From an uncultured Actinomycetota bacterium (GTDB lineage: Bacteria; Actinomycetota; Geothermincolia; Geothermincolales; RBG-13-55-18): DNA of 64,000 bases. This document shows, piece by piece, positions 9,792-20,213 of the stretch. The stretch's first letter is position 1, and every line of letters starts with the position of its first letter. The notes under the pieces are model-generated. The model ran no database searches and was not told the DNA's origin. It saw nothing but the letters and a program-made list of their open reading frames with translations. The position numbers and the translations under genes are program-made. The stretch covers positions 100,503-164,502 of the forward strand of contig CAZEAU010000001.1 in the NCBI GenBank assembly GCA_964510515.1, read 5' to 3'.

Positions 9792-10847
9792 ATGAAGGAC
9801 GACCGCGAGGAGCTGACCGGCGACCTGGAGATAGGGGATGAGAGGCTGCTCGACCCCGAGGCTCGGGAGGACGAACAGGAGCTGGACCTCACCCTGCGGC
9901 CGCGCCGGATAGCGGAGTTCGTCGGGCAGGACCGCATCCGCGAGCACCTGGATATCTTCATTGCCGCCGCGCGCGAGCGCCAGGAGTCTCTCGACCACGT
10001 CATCCTCTCCGGGCCGCCGGGGCTGGGCAAGACCACGCTGGGCGGCATCATCGCCAACGAGATGGGGGTGGCCTGCAAACAGACGTCGGGACCGGCGCTG
10101 GAGCGCGCGGGCGATCTCGCCTCCATCCTCACCAACCTGGAGCCGGGCGACGTCCTCTTCATCGACGAGATCCACCGTCTCAACCGCGTGGTGGAGGAGG
10201 TCCTCTATCCCGCCATGGAGGACTTCAAGCTGGATATCGTGGTGGGGAAGGGGCCGGCCGCGCGCTCCATACGCCTGGACCTGCCGCCGTTCACCCTGGT
10301 GGGCGCCACCACGCGCGCGGGCCTCCTCACCTCGCCTCTGCGCGACCGCTTCGGGGTACAGAGCCGCCTGGACTATTACCGCCAGGGCGAGATCGAGCAG
10401 ATCATCAGGCGCTCGTCGCAAATACTCGGCGTGGAGGTCGATGCCGGGGGAGGCAGGGAGCTGGCGCGGCGTTCGCGGGGGACTCCGCGTATAGCCAACC
10501 GCCTGCTGCGCCGCGTGCGCGATTACGCCCAGGTGAGGGCGGGGGGCGCCATAACCTTCCAGGTCGCCTGCGAGGCGCTGGCCCTCTTCGAGGTGGACGA
10601 GATGGGCCTGGACAAGGTGGAGAAGATGATCCTGCGCACCATCATCGAAAAGTTCGGCGGCGGCCCGGTGGGGGTGAACACGCTGGCCGTCTCGGTGGGC
10701 GAGGAGATCGACACCATCGAGGAGGTCTACGAGCCCTACCTGCTGCAGATAGGGTTCATGCAGCGCACGCCGCGAGGGAGGGTCGCCACCGAGAACGCCT
10801 GCCGCCACCTCGGCCTGAGTAAAGAAAGCGGGGATACCCTGTTCTGA
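9792..10847 (+). CDS. ruvB: Holliday junction DNA helicase RuvB
   Basis: Walker [10 protein letters not shown], Walker [10 protein letters not shown], full-length RuvB similarity. Confidence 0.95.
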   Translation: MKDDREELTGDLEIGDERLLDPEAREDEQELDLTLRPRRIAEFVGQDRIREHLDIFIAAARERQESLDHVILSGPPGLGKTTLGGIIANEMGVACKQTSGPALERAGDLASILTNLEPGDVLFIDEIHRLNRVVEEVLYPAMEDFKLDIVVGKGPAARSIRLDLPPFTLVGATTRAGLLTSPLRDRFGVQSRLDYYRQGEIEQIIRRSSQILGVEVDAGGGRELARRSRGTPRIANRLLRRVRDYAQVRAGGAITFQVACEALALFEVDEMGLDKVEKMILRTIIEKFGGGPVGVNTLAVSVGEEIDTIEEVYEPYLLQIGFMQRTPRGRVATENACRHLGLSKESGDTLF

Positions 10848-11401
10848 TGCGCGGGATGCTCATCGATACCTGCTGCGGCCCCTGCGCCCTGCCGGCGCTG
10901 CGTCTCTTCCCGCCCTCCCGCCGCGGGGCGCATTTCCTCTTCTACAATCCCAACGTGCATCCTTTCCGGGAGTACTGCAGGAGGCTGCAGAGCTTCGAGC
11001 AGCTCATGTTGCGGGAAAGACGGCCCTACACCGTCGTGCCCTACGAGCCCGAGGAGTGGATACGGGCGGTGGCCTTCCGGGAGGAGAGCCGCTGCGAGTT
11101 CTGCTATCGCCTGCGCCTGCGCAAGGCGGCGGATATCGCCCTGGAAGAGGGCTGCGAAGCCATCACCACTACCCTCTTCGCCAGTCCCTACCAGGACCAT
11201 GAGCTGGTGACCCTGCTGGGCAACTCCATATGCCGCAGCCGGGGCCTGCAGTTCGTGACCTGGGACGGCAGAGAGGTCTACCGCGACACCATCGCCTCCG
11301 CGCGCGAGAGGGGCCTCTATACCCAGCCCTATTGCGGATGCCTGCTCAGCGAGCGGGAGCGCTACGATCGCGCTCGGCGCGGCGCGGGCAAAGGCGATTG
11401 A
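10847..11401 (+). CDS. queH: epoxyqueuosine reductase QueH (DUF208)
   Basis: CCGPC and LFYNPN(V/I)HP motifs of QueH; directly upstream of queA-tgt. Confidence 0.8.
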   Translation: MRGMLIDTCCGPCALPALRLFPPSRRGAHFLFYNPNVHPFREYCRRLQSFEQLMLRERRPYTVVPYEPEEWIRAVAFREESRCEFCYRLRLRKAADIALEEGCEAITTTLFASPYQDHELVTLLGNSICRSRGLQFVTWDGREVYRDTIASARERGLYTQPYCGCLLSERERYDRARRGAGKGD

Positions 11402-11407
11402 CGCTCC

Positions 11408-12490
11408 ATGCGGGCGCAACTCTTCGACTATCACCTGCCCCCTGGGCTCATCGCCCAGCGGCCCGCGGCGAGCCGGGAGGGCTCGCGCCTGCTGGTGGTG
11501 GATTGTGAGAGCGGAGAGGTCTCCCACCGCTTTTTTTCGCACCTGGAGACCTGTCTCCACGCGGGGGACTGCCTGGCCCTCAACGCCAGCCGGGTGCGCC
11601 GCGCCCGCCTGCGCGGGCGGCGCGCCGAGGGCGGCGGGGCGGTCGAGCTCCTGTTGCTCTCCCCCCGCGCCGACGCCGGCTGGGATGCCCTGGCCCGGCC
11701 CGCGCGGCGCATCAAGCCCGGCACGGTGCTCAGTTTTGCGCAAGGGGAGCTGACGGCGGAGGTGGTGGAGAAAGGCGAGCGGGGCGAGGTGCGCGTGCGC
11801 CTCGTCCCCGGCGAGCTCTCCGCGTTGGAGGAGGTCCTGGAGAGGGTGGGGGAGATGCCGCTCCCTCCCTATATCCGGGAGAGGCCCCGCGACCCCGAAA
11901 GATATCAGACCGTCTATGCGCGCGAGACCGGCTCGGCCGCGGCCCCCACCGCGGGGTTGCATTTCGAGCTCTCCACCCTGCGCAGGCTGGAGGAAAAGGG
12001 CGTGCGGCTGGCCTTCCCGCGCCTGGACGTGGGCCTGGACACCTTCCGTCCCATAGAGGCGGAGGAGATAGAGGACCACCGCATCCACAGCGAGGCGGTA
12101 TACGTGGACGAGGCGGCCTGCGCGGCGGTAAACCAGGCCCGGCGCGCGGGCGGGAAGGTGGTGGCGGTGGGGACCACGGCGGTGCGCGCCCTGGAGAGCG
12201 CCGCGGACGAGGCGGGGAGCATGGCCCCCTTCTCCGGGGCCACGGACCTCTATATCCACCCCGGCTTCCGCTTCCGCGCCGTGGACGGCATGCTCACCAA
12301 CTTCCACCTGCCGCGCTCGAGCCCGCTGGTCATGGTATGCGCCTTCGCGGGAAGGGAGACGGTGCTGGAGGCCTACCGGCGGGCGGTGGAGGAGGGCTAC
12401 CGCTTCCTCAGTTTCGGAGACGCCTGCTATTTCCACTATCCACGCGCAGGCGGGCCGGGCAGCAAAGGAAAGGAAGGCCTGGGTCGGTGA
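11408..12490 (+). CDS. queA: S-adenosylmethionine:tRNA ribosyltransferase-isomerase QueA
   Basis: MRAQLFDYHLPPGLIAQRPAASREGSRLLVV... and C-terminal conserved HxP(R/K)S and YRFLSFGDA motifs. Confidence 0.92.
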   Translation: MRAQLFDYHLPPGLIAQRPAASREGSRLLVVDCESGEVSHRFFSHLETCLHAGDCLALNASRVRRARLRGRRAEGGGAVELLLLSPRADAGWDALARPARRIKPGTVLSFAQGELTAEVVEKGERGEVRVRLVPGELSALEEVLERVGEMPLPPYIRERPRDPERYQTVYARETGSAAAPTAGLHFELSTLRRLEEKGVRLAFPRLDVGLDTFRPIEAEEIEDHRIHSEAVYVDEAACAAVNQARRAGGKVVAVGTTAVRALESAADEAGSMAPFSGATDLYIHPGFRFRAVDGMLTNFHLPRSSPLVMVCAFAGRETVLEAYRRAVEEGYRFLSFGDACYFHYPRAGGPGSKGKEGLGR

Positions 12491-12662
12491 CGTCCGCCAT
12501 CCACGCGAGCAGCCGGACCGCGGCGGAGGGGGAGGAGCGCCGGGGCGGAGGCTGCGCGTGCGCGGAGGGGGGAGTCCGCGGCATGGCGCGGCGCGGGCCT
12601 GCCGCGAGCCCGGCGGGCGGGCCGGCGCGGGAGGGCTTTAAGGCGGAGAGGAGGAGTAAGCG

Positions 12663-13787
12663 GTGCAGGGCTTCGGCTTCGAGATAAGCGCGCGGGACCG
12701 CGCCTGCGGGGCGCGCGCGGGACGCCTGTTCACCACTCGCGGCGAGGTGTTCACCCCCGCCTTCCTGCCCGTGGGCACGCGGGGGACGGTGAAGGCCATG
12801 GCGCCGTGGGAGCTCGAGCACATCGGCTACGATATGCTCCTCGCCAATACCTATCACCTCTACCTGCGCCCCGGCTCGAGCCTCATCGCGGAGGCGGGCG
12901 GCCTGCACTCCTTCATGGCCTGGCGCCGCCCCATTCTCACCGACAGCGGGGGCTTTCAGGTCTTCTCGCTCTCTCCCACCCTGCGGGTAGAGGAGGAGGG
13001 GGTGCGTTTCCGCTCCGTGTACGACGGCAGCGAGCATCTGCTGACCCCGGAAAAGGCGGTCGCGGTGCAGGAGGAGCTGGGTTCGGACATAGCCATGGCC
13101 CTGGACCACTGCGTGGCTTACCCCGCCTCCCGGGAGGAGGCGGAGGGAGCGCTGGGCCTGACCCTGCGCTGGGCCGCCCGCTGCCGGGCGTCGGCGGCCC
13201 CCGGCGGACCGACCCTCTTCGGCATCGTGCAGGGGGGGACCTATCCCGACCTGCGCGCGCTGAGCGCGGAGGAGACCGCGGCCATGGGGTTCGCCGGTTA
13301 CGGCATCGGGGGCCTGTCGGTGGGGGAGCCGCGGGAGGCCATGCTGCAATGCCTGGAGGCGCAGACGCGGATACTGCCGCCGGAGAGGCCGCGTCACCTG
13401 CTCGGCATCGGCGACCCCGAGGGGGTCACGGCGGCGGTGGCCCTGGGGGTGGACCTCTTCGACTGCGTGCTCCCCACCCGCATGGCCCGCAACGGGGTGG
13501 CCTGGACGAGGCGGGGCAAGCTGAACCTGCGCCATGCCCGCTACCGCGAAGACCTGCGGGCACTGGAGGAGGGTTGCCCGTGTCCGGCCTGCGGCGGCTT
13601 CACCCGGGCCTACCTGCGCCACCTGCACACCCTCAACGAGATCACCGCGCACCGCCTGCTCACCTGGCATAACCTGGTCTTCATGCGGCGCCTGATGCTC
13701 GATTGCAGAGCCGCGATAGAGGCTGGTAGAATGGTGCAGTTGGCCCGGGAATGGAGGGGCTGGAACGAGCTTATACCCGGGGATTGA
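12663..13787 (+). CDS. tgt: queuine tRNA-ribosyltransferase Tgt
   Basis: Full-length Tgt similarity including the zinc site CPCPAC...H and LTDSGGFQVFSL catalytic region. Confidence 0.95.
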   Translation: MQGFGFEISARDRACGARAGRLFTTRGEVFTPAFLPVGTRGTVKAMAPWELEHIGYDMLLANTYHLYLRPGSSLIAEAGGLHSFMAWRRPILTDSGGFQVFSLSPTLRVEEEGVRFRSVYDGSEHLLTPEKAVAVQEELGSDIAMALDHCVAYPASREEAEGALGLTLRWAARCRASAAPGGPTLFGIVQGGTYPDLRALSAEETAAMGFAGYGIGGLSVGEPREAMLQCLEAQTRILPPERPRHLLGIGDPEGVTAAVALGVDLFDCVLPTRMARNGVAWTRRGKLNLRHARYREDLRALEEGCPCPACGGFTRAYLRHLHTLNEITAHRLLTWHNLVFMRRLMLDCRAAIEAGRMVQLAREWRGWNELIPGD

Positions 13788-13827
13788 GGGGGCAGATACG
13801 CGGGGTACCGCGGGAAGGCAGGTCGAG

Positions 13828-14211
13828 ATGGATCAGAGCTACATGTCCATTCTGCTCATCGTGGGCTTGATCGCCATCTTCTATTTCATGCTCATCAGGC
13901 CGCAGCAGAAGCGCATGCGCCAGCAGATGGAGCTCATGCACAACCTGCGCGCCGGAGACGAGGTCATGACCTCCGCGGGCATCTACGGCATCATCACCGA
14001 GGTGGAGGAGGAGACCGTCCTGCTCGAGGTCTCCGAGGACGTGGAGATAAGGGTGGCCAAGAGCGCCATCGGGCGCACCTTCACCGTGCGCGATGACCCC
14101 GGCGACGAGGAGGACGCGGAGGGGGAAGCGGCGGAAGAGAGGGAAACGGAGGAAGGCGGGGAGTCCGAGGGTTCCGGGGGCGCGGACGAGGCGTCCAGCG
14201 GCGAGGAATGA
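13828..14211 (+). CDS. yajC: preprotein translocase subunit YajC (acidic C-terminal extension)
   Basis: Single TM plus conserved core LIRPQQKRMRQQMELMHNLRAGDEVMTSAGIYGII; classical tgt-yajC-secD-secF order. Confidence 0.9.
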   Translation: MDQSYMSILLIVGLIAIFYFMLIRPQQKRMRQQMELMHNLRAGDEVMTSAGIYGIITEVEEETVLLEVSEDVEIRVAKSAIGRTFTVRDDPGDEEDAEGEAAEERETEEGGESEGSGGADEASSGEE

Positions 14212-14273
14212 GGCGACGTAATGCGCCGTGACCGCCCGCCCTGCGGGCGGCGCGATATAAATGGAGGCATGCA

Positions 14274-15653
14274 GTGAAGACGGGAAGAGCCCTGGTTTAC
14301 CTGGCGGTGGTGGCGGTGCTGCTGCTCGCCATGTACATCCCCATCGTCGTCGGCGGTTACGGGCCCAAACTGGGCCTCGATCTCGAGGGCGGCATGAGCG
14401 TCACCCTGCAGGCCATCGGGGAGGCCACCGCGGAGCAGATGGGGGTGGCCGCGGACATCGTGCGCAACCGCGTCAACGCCCTGGGGCTGGCCGAGCCGGT
14501 GGTGGCCGTGCAGGGCAACAATCGCATCCTGGTGCAGATACCGGGCATACAGGACACGGAGAGGGTCCTCAACATCATCCGCACCACGGCGCAGTTGCAG
14601 TTCCGCGAGGTCCTGGATGTGTTGCAGCCGGGGCAGGAGGGCTATGAAGAGCTTGCGTTGACGGTGCCGGACCCCGAGGATATCGAGACCTACCATGCCC
14701 TCAAGGACGAGGAGATCGTGCTCACCTACAAGGGAGAGGAGATGAAGGTGCGCATGGGGCCCACCCGCCTCACCGGCGACATCATCGCCTCCGCCGACGC
14801 CGCGGTGGACCGGGAGAAGGGCGGCTATCAGGTGGCCTTCAAGCTCACCGACGAGGCCACCCCGGAGTTCGCCGCCCTCACCCAGGAGCTGCTGGGCAGG
14901 CAGCTGGCCATCGTGCTCGACTACACCCTGAAATCGTTTCCCACCGTGCAGTCTCCCATCGATTCGGGCGAGGGGGTCATAACCGGGGACTTCAGCCGCG
15001 ATGAGACGCGCGACCTGGCCATGGTGCTCAAGATGGGCGCCCTGCCGGTGGAGTTCCAGCCCGACCCCCTGGTGGAGAGCATCAGCGCCACCCTGGGGCG
15101 GGACTCGCTGCGCCAGGGGCTCATCGCCGGCTTTGTGGGCCTGGTCCTGGTCATCCTCTACATGCTGTTCATGTACCGGGGACTGGGCGTGGCGACCACC
15201 CTCTCCCTCATGGTTTTCGGGCTCTTCGTCTACGGCATCGTCTGCCTGCTCGGCCAGTTCCTCTTCTGGAAGCTCACCCTGGCGGGCATCGCCGGAGTGG
15301 TGGTCTCCATCGGCATCTCCGCCGACTCCAGCGTGGTCTATTTCGAACGCATCAAGGAGGAGGTGCGGGAGGGCAAGAGCCTGCGCGTTTGCGCGGACCG
15401 CGCCTACAAGTCCGCCTTCCGCACCATCATCGCCGCCGATGCCGCCACCTTCATCACCGCCTTCATCCTCTGGGTGCTGGCCATGGGCTCGGTGAAGGGC
15501 TTCGCTTTCACCCTGGGCATCGCCACCATCCTCGACGTCTTCCTCTCCTACTTCATGACCCATCCCCTGGTCTCGCTGCTCTCCCGCCTCGAGTTCTACG
15601 CCAAGCCGCGCATGGTCGGGGTGGGGCGCGAAGCGAGCGGGGGTGAAGCCTGA
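14274..15653 (+). CDS. secD: protein translocase subunit SecD
   Basis: GTG start; periplasmic P1 domain plus C-terminal 6-TM RND-like domain; full-length SecD similarity. Confidence 0.93.
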   Translation: MKTGRALVYLAVVAVLLLAMYIPIVVGGYGPKLGLDLEGGMSVTLQAIGEATAEQMGVAADIVRNRVNALGLAEPVVAVQGNNRILVQIPGIQDTERVLNIIRTTAQLQFREVLDVLQPGQEGYEELALTVPDPEDIETYHALKDEEIVLTYKGEEMKVRMGPTRLTGDIIASADAAVDREKGGYQVAFKLTDEATPEFAALTQELLGRQLAIVLDYTLKSFPTVQSPIDSGEGVITGDFSRDETRDLAMVLKMGALPVEFQPDPLVESISATLGRDSLRQGLIAGFVGLVLVILYMLFMYRGLGVATTLSLMVFGLFVYGIVCLLGQFLFWKLTLAGIAGVVVSIGISADSSVVYFERIKEEVREGKSLRVCADRAYKSAFRTIIAADAATFITAFILWVLAMGSVKGFAFTLGIATILDVFLSYFMTHPLVSLLSRLEFYAKPRMVGVGREASGGEA

Positions 15654-16873
15654 TGTACGTACGCGGTCGCGAAGTCAAGTTCGACCTCATCGGCGCCAGG
15701 CCCTTCGCGCGCCCCAACATCATCTGGTTCGGCATCTCCAGCGCGTTGATAGTGATCTCCATCGTCATCCTGCTCACCATGGGGGTAAACCTGGGTCTCG
15801 AGTTCAGGGGGGGCTACCTGCTCAAGGTGCGGCTGGCGGAGCCGGCCGGGGTCGAGGAGGTGCGCGGGGTGCTGAGCGCGCACGCGGGCTGGGGGCTCGA
15901 GAAGACCATCGTGCAGTCGGGGGAGTCGGAGGACGGGCCGGTGCTCATGCTGCGCATGCCCTATATCGAGGACAGCGGGCAGCGCGAGAGCGCCATCGAC
16001 GCGGTCACGCGGGAGATCGGCGCGCTCTACGGCATCGAGGAGATATTGCAGGAGGAGCAGGTGGGCTCGGAGTGGGGGCGCGAGGTCAGCATCAAAGCCC
16101 TCATCGCCCTCGCCGTCTTTCTGGGGGTCATCCTCATCTACATCACCCTGCGCCTGGAGTTCAAGATGGCGGTGACGGCCATCATCGCCCTCATCCACGA
16201 CACCCCCATAACCTTGGGCATATACTCCCTCACCGGCCGGGAGGTGACGCCGGTCACGGTGATCGCCTTTCTGACTATCCTCGGCTATTCGCTCTACGAC
16301 ACCATCGTCGTCTTCGACCGCGTGGAGGAGAACGCCAACCTCATGGCCCGCTCCGCGCGCATGTCCTACGACGAGATGGTCAACGAGAGCGTCAACCAGG
16401 TGCTCATGCGCTCCATCGGCACCACCATCACCACCCTGCTGCCCATCATCACCATCCTCATCTTTGGAGGAGAGACCCTGAAGGACTTCGCCTTCGCACT
16501 CTTTTTGGGGGTCTTCCTCGGGGCCTACTCCTCGCTTTTCGTGGCCGCCCCGCTGCTCTCCCTGTGGAAAGGGAGGGAGCCGCGCTACGCTGCCATGCAC
16601 GCCAAGGCGAGAGCGAAAAGCGCGCGCGAGGCCATACTCGCGGCTCCCTCCCGCGCGCAGGCGCAGCCGGCGCCCAAGGGCCGGACGGTGAAGGCGGGAG
16701 CCGGCGCGCCGCGGGGAGAGGAGGCGGGAGGGCCGCGGGCGGCCTCGCCCGCACCCGCCGCGGGCGGGAAGGCAGCGCCCTCCGCGCAGCGCCCCAAGGC
16801 GCAGGCCACCAAGGGGCCCGGCGGGGGCAAGAAGAAGAAGAAGAAGAAGAAAAAGAAGAAAAAGAAGAAGTAG
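15653..16873 (+). CDS. secF: protein translocase subunit SecF with about 110-aa low-complexity C-terminal extension ending in 14 consecutive lysines
   Basis: SecF core (LEFRGGYLLKV...RLEFKMAVTAIIALIHD...) starts at the secD stop; tail A/P/G-rich then GGGKKKKKKKKKKKKKK. Confidence 0.92.
   Translation: MYVRGREVKFDLIGARPFARPNIIWFGISSALIVISIVILLTMGVNLGLEFRGGYLLKVRLAEPAGVEEVRGVLSAHAGWGLEKTIVQSGESEDGPVLMLRMPYIEDSGQRESAIDAVTREIGALYGIEEILQEEQVGSEWGREVSIKALIALAVFLGVILIYITLRLEFKMAVTAIIALIHDTPITLGIYSLTGREVTPVTVIAFLTILGYSLYDTIVVFDRVEENANLMARSARMSYDEMVNESVNQVLMRSIGTTITTLLPIITILIFGGETLKDFAFALFLGVFLGAYSSLFVAAPLLSLWKGREPRYAAMHAKARAKSAREAILAAPSRAQAQPAPKGRTVKAGAGAPRGEEAGGPRAASPAPAAGGKAAPSAQRPKAQATKGPGGGKKKKKKKKKKKKKK
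16829..16870 (+). repeat. (AAG)14 trinucleotide microsatellite (two AAA interruptions) encoding the SecF poly-lysine tail
   Basis: Visible as aagaagaag...aaaaagaagaaaaagaagaag immediately before the secF TAG stop. Confidence 0.9.
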
Positions 16874-17004
16874 GCGCCGCGACCCTCGCACGACCGGCAC
16901 CGCGCGGCGGCGGCGCGAGGCCTCGCCTGCGTGAGCCGCATCCCCAGGCCCGCGCGGCGGGGCGGGAAAGAAGCGGGGGTGAGCGGCATGGAGGAAGGGG
17001 CCTG

Positions 17005-17847
17005 ATGGCAGGCAGGGCAATGCTCGGCGACTGGGAGCTCATCGCGCTCTCGGACGGATGTTTCCGCCTGGATGGCGGCTCCATGTTCGGGGTCGTCCCC
17101 AAGACGCTGTGGGAGAAGAAAAAACCGGCGGACGAGAGGAACCGCATCAGGCTGGGTTTGAATTCGCTGCTGGTAAGGACGCCGCAGGCCCTGGTGCTGG
17201 TGGAGACGGGCATCGGAGACAAGCTGAACGCCAGGGAGAGGGACATCTACGGCCTGGAGAGGGAGAGCGACCTCCTGCAGGCCCTGCGGGCGGAGGGCTT
17301 CACCCCCCGGGATGTCGATTACGTCATCCATTCCCACCTCCACCTGGATCACTGCGGCTGGGCGACCAGGGAGCTCGAAGGATGCCTGCAGCCCACCTTC
17401 CCCAATGCACGATACATCGTGCAGGGCGCGGAGTGGGAGGCCGCCGCGCACCCGGACCCGAGGAGCCGCCCCTCCTACGACCGGCGCAACTTCTCCCTCC
17501 TGGAGCGGGAGGGCCTGCTGGTCGTGGTCGGCGCGGAAAGTGAAGTGATCCCGGGAATAAGGGTGCTGCGCACCGGCGGCCATACCCGCGGCCATCAGGT
17601 GGTCTATATAGAGAACGGCGGGTCGCGCTGCCTGTTTCTGGGAGACCTGGTGCCCACCAAGGCGCACATGCGGACGAATTGGCATATGGGCTGGGACCTT
17701 TTTCCCCTGCAGCTCATGCAGGCCAAAGAAAGCATCCTCGCCGCGGCGTCGCGCTCTGGCGAGATGCTCTTCTTCACCCACGAAGACGGAGACCCCTTCG
17801 CGCGCCTGGCGGGCGGCGAGGGTGAGCTCCGCCCCCTGGACGGGTAG
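17005..17847 (+). CDS. MBL-fold metallo-hydrolase
   Basis: HSHLHLDH zinc motif (HxHxDH) and downstream His/Asp ligands; lies at the in-frame tail of a spurious 734-aa ORF; ATG at 17005 after GGAGGAAGGGG. Confidence 0.7.
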   Translation: MAGRAMLGDWELIALSDGCFRLDGGSMFGVVPKTLWEKKKPADERNRIRLGLNSLLVRTPQALVLVETGIGDKLNARERDIYGLERESDLLQALRAEGFTPRDVDYVIHSHLHLDHCGWATRELEGCLQPTFPNARYIVQGAEWEAAAHPDPRSRPSYDRRNFSLLEREGLLVVVGAESEVIPGIRVLRTGGHTRGHQVVYIENGGSRCLFLGDLVPTKAHMRTNWHMGWDLFPLQLMQAKESILAAASRSGEMLFFTHEDGDPFARLAGGEGELRPLDG

Positions 17848-17980
17848 CGGCAGGCCGCCGCGGAGCCGGATTCGCCTGCCCACCCGCCGGCGTGGGCGCG
17901 CCATGCGGCGCGCGGGGCTCTGGCAATCCTCGGCGCGGATATGGCAGTATCATGGGTGAGAGGAGAGGTTCAGGCATCGG

Positions 17981-20170
17981 GTGGGAGGAGCCGGCTTGTC
18001 CCAGTCCATCGAATCCCTGATACAGAAGGCGCGCTCGTACAACGGCAAGGGCGACATCAGGATCATCCGCGAAGCCTATGAGTTCGCGCGCGCCCAGCAC
18101 GCCGAGCAGATGCGGCGCAGCGGTGAGGAGTTCATCCTTCACCCCTTGGGCGTGGCGCACATCCTGGCCGACATGCAGATGGACGAGGTGACCCTGGCGG
18201 CGGCCCTCCTGCACGACGTGGTCGAGGACACCGACATCTCCCTGGAGGAGATCAAGCGCAGGTTCGGTCCCGCGGTGGCGGAGATCATCGACGGGGTGAC
18301 CAAGCTGGACCGCATCTCCTTCGCCAACCGCGAGCAGGCGCAGGCGGAGAACTTCCGCAAGATGTTCGTGGCCATGGCCCGCGACATACGCGTGGTCATC
18401 ATCAAGCTCGCCGACCGCCTGGACAACATGAAGACCATCGGGCACCTCTCCGAGGACAGGCAGCGCGCCAAGGCGCGTGAGACCCTGGAGATATACGCGC
18501 CCCTGGCCCACCGCCTGGGCATCTCGCAGCTGAGGTGGCGGCTGGAGGACCTCTCCTTCGCCACCCTCTATCCCCTGCGCTTCCAGGAGGTAGTGCAGAT
18601 GGTCGATCAGCGCCGCCCCGAGCGCGAGCAATTCATACAGCAGGCCAAGAAGGAATTGCAGGCCCAGCTCAAACAGGCCCACATCAAGGCGGAGATCGGC
18701 GGGCGGGTGAAGCACTATTACAGCATCTACTCCAAGATGAAGGACCGGGGCAAGCAGTTCGACGAGATCTACGACCTCCTGGCGGTGAGGGTGATCGTCG
18801 CCAGCAAGGAGGACTGCTACACGGTGATGGGCATCGTGCACGCGCTCTGGCACCCGGTGCCGGGGCGCATCAAGGACTATATCGCCAAGCCGCGCTTCGG
18901 CATCTACCAGAGCCTGCACACCACGGTCATCGGGCCGCAGGGCAAGCCCCTGGAGATACAGATACGCACCCAGGACATGCACCACACGGCGGAGTACGGC
19001 ATCGCCTCCCACTGGCGCTACAAGGAGGCGCAGCGCTCCCAGGAGCGCATCCGCGAGAGGCTGGCGTGGATAAGGAGGATCGTGGACTGGCAGCGCGATC
19101 TCTCCGACCCCCAGGAGTTCCTGGAGAGCCTGAAGATAGACCTCTTCGAGGACGACGTCTTCGTCTTCACCCCCAAGGGCGACGTCATCGACCTGCCCCA
19201 GGGATCGACCCCCATCGACTTCGCCTATTCCATCCACACCGAGATCGGGCACCGCTGCGTGGGGGCCAAGGTCAACGACCGCCTCGTCCCCCTGGAGTAC
19301 AAGCTGCGCAACGGAGACATCGTCTCCATCATCACCTCCAAGACCTCCCCCGGCCCCTCCAGGGACTGGATGAACATCGTGCAGACGGCCCGGGCCAGGA
19401 GCAAGATCAGGCAGTGGTTCTCCAAGGAGAGGCGCATCGAGGACACCCAGGAGGGCAGGGAGTCGCTGGTCAAGAAGATGCGCAAGTCCCGCCTCCCGGT
19501 CCAGAAGATAATGGGCGCGGGCCTCCTGGACGAGATCGCGCGCGAGGAATACTCCTTCGTGGGCCTGGACGACCTCTACGCCAGCATCGGAGCGGGGAAG
19601 ACCTCCGCGCAGCAGGTGGTCAACCACCTGCTCACCCGCCTCGGTCCCGAGGTGGAAGAGGTGGAGGAGAAGCCGCCCGCGGCGCGCAAGCGCAGGAAGC
19701 CGCTCGCCTATACCAAGGGGGTGAGGGTCGAGGATGTGGACAACGTCCTGGTGCGCATCGCGCATTGCTGCAACCCCGTGCCCTACGACGCCATCGTGGG
19801 CTTCGTGACGCGCGGCCGGGGCGTGTCCGTGCACCGCGCCGACTGCCCCAATGCCGTGCATATGGGGGAGAGCGGCTACCGCGGCATCGAGGTCAGCTGG
19901 GACACGGAGCAGCCCACCTCCTTCCAGGTGGAGATCGGGGTGGAGGCCATGGACAGGCCGAGGCTGCTGCGCGACGTCACCACCGTGATGGGGGAGTATC
20001 ACGTAAACATCATCACCGCCACCATGAACATCAACCGCGAGAACGTGAACACCAGCCGCTTCGTCTTCGAGCTCTCCAACATCGCCCACCTCGAGGACAT
20101 CCTGCGCAACGTACGCAAGGTTGAATCGGTCTATAACGCCTACCGGGTGGTGCCGGGGAGGATGACGTGA
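17981..20170 (+). CDS. relA: bifunctional (p)ppGpp synthetase/hydrolase RelA/SpoT
   Basis: HD hydrolase domain (HPLGVAHILADMQMDEVTLAAALLHDVVEDT), synthetase domain, TGS and ACT regions; 729 aa. Confidence 0.95.
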   Translation: MGGAGLSQSIESLIQKARSYNGKGDIRIIREAYEFARAQHAEQMRRSGEEFILHPLGVAHILADMQMDEVTLAAALLHDVVEDTDISLEEIKRRFGPAVAEIIDGVTKLDRISFANREQAQAENFRKMFVAMARDIRVVIIKLADRLDNMKTIGHLSEDRQRAKARETLEIYAPLAHRLGISQLRWRLEDLSFATLYPLRFQEVVQMVDQRRPEREQFIQQAKKELQAQLKQAHIKAEIGGRVKHYYSIYSKMKDRGKQFDEIYDLLAVRVIVASKEDCYTVMGIVHALWHPVPGRIKDYIAKPRFGIYQSLHTTVIGPQGKPLEIQIRTQDMHHTAEYGIASHWRYKEAQRSQERIRERLAWIRRIVDWQRDLSDPQEFLESLKIDLFEDDVFVFTPKGDVIDLPQGSTPIDFAYSIHTEIGHRCVGAKVNDRLVPLEYKLRNGDIVSIITSKTSPGPSRDWMNIVQTARARSKIRQWFSKERRIEDTQEGRESLVKKMRKSRLPVQKIMGAGLLDEIAREEYSFVGLDDLYASIGAGKTSAQQVVNHLLTRLGPEVEEVEEKPPAARKRRKPLAYTKGVRVEDVDNVLVRIAHCCNPVPYDAIVGFVTRGRGVSVHRADCPNAVHMGESGYRGIEVSWDTEQPTSFQVEIGVEAMDRPRLLRDVTTVMGEYHVNIITATMNINRENVNTSRFVFELSNIAHLEDILRNVRKVESVYNAYRVVPGRMT

Positions 20171-20213
20171 GAGCCCGGGTGTCGAGCTCCGCGGCCGGCC
20201 GGGGAGGAGCGCC

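Noticed and set aside
15643-17847. 734-aa + strand ORF spanning secF in an alternative frame
   Set aside because: Only the last 280 codons (from ATG 17005) encode a recognisable MBL-fold hydrolase (HSHLHLDH). The upstream 1.3 kb overlaps secF out of frame and translates to low-complexity R/G/A-rich sequence.
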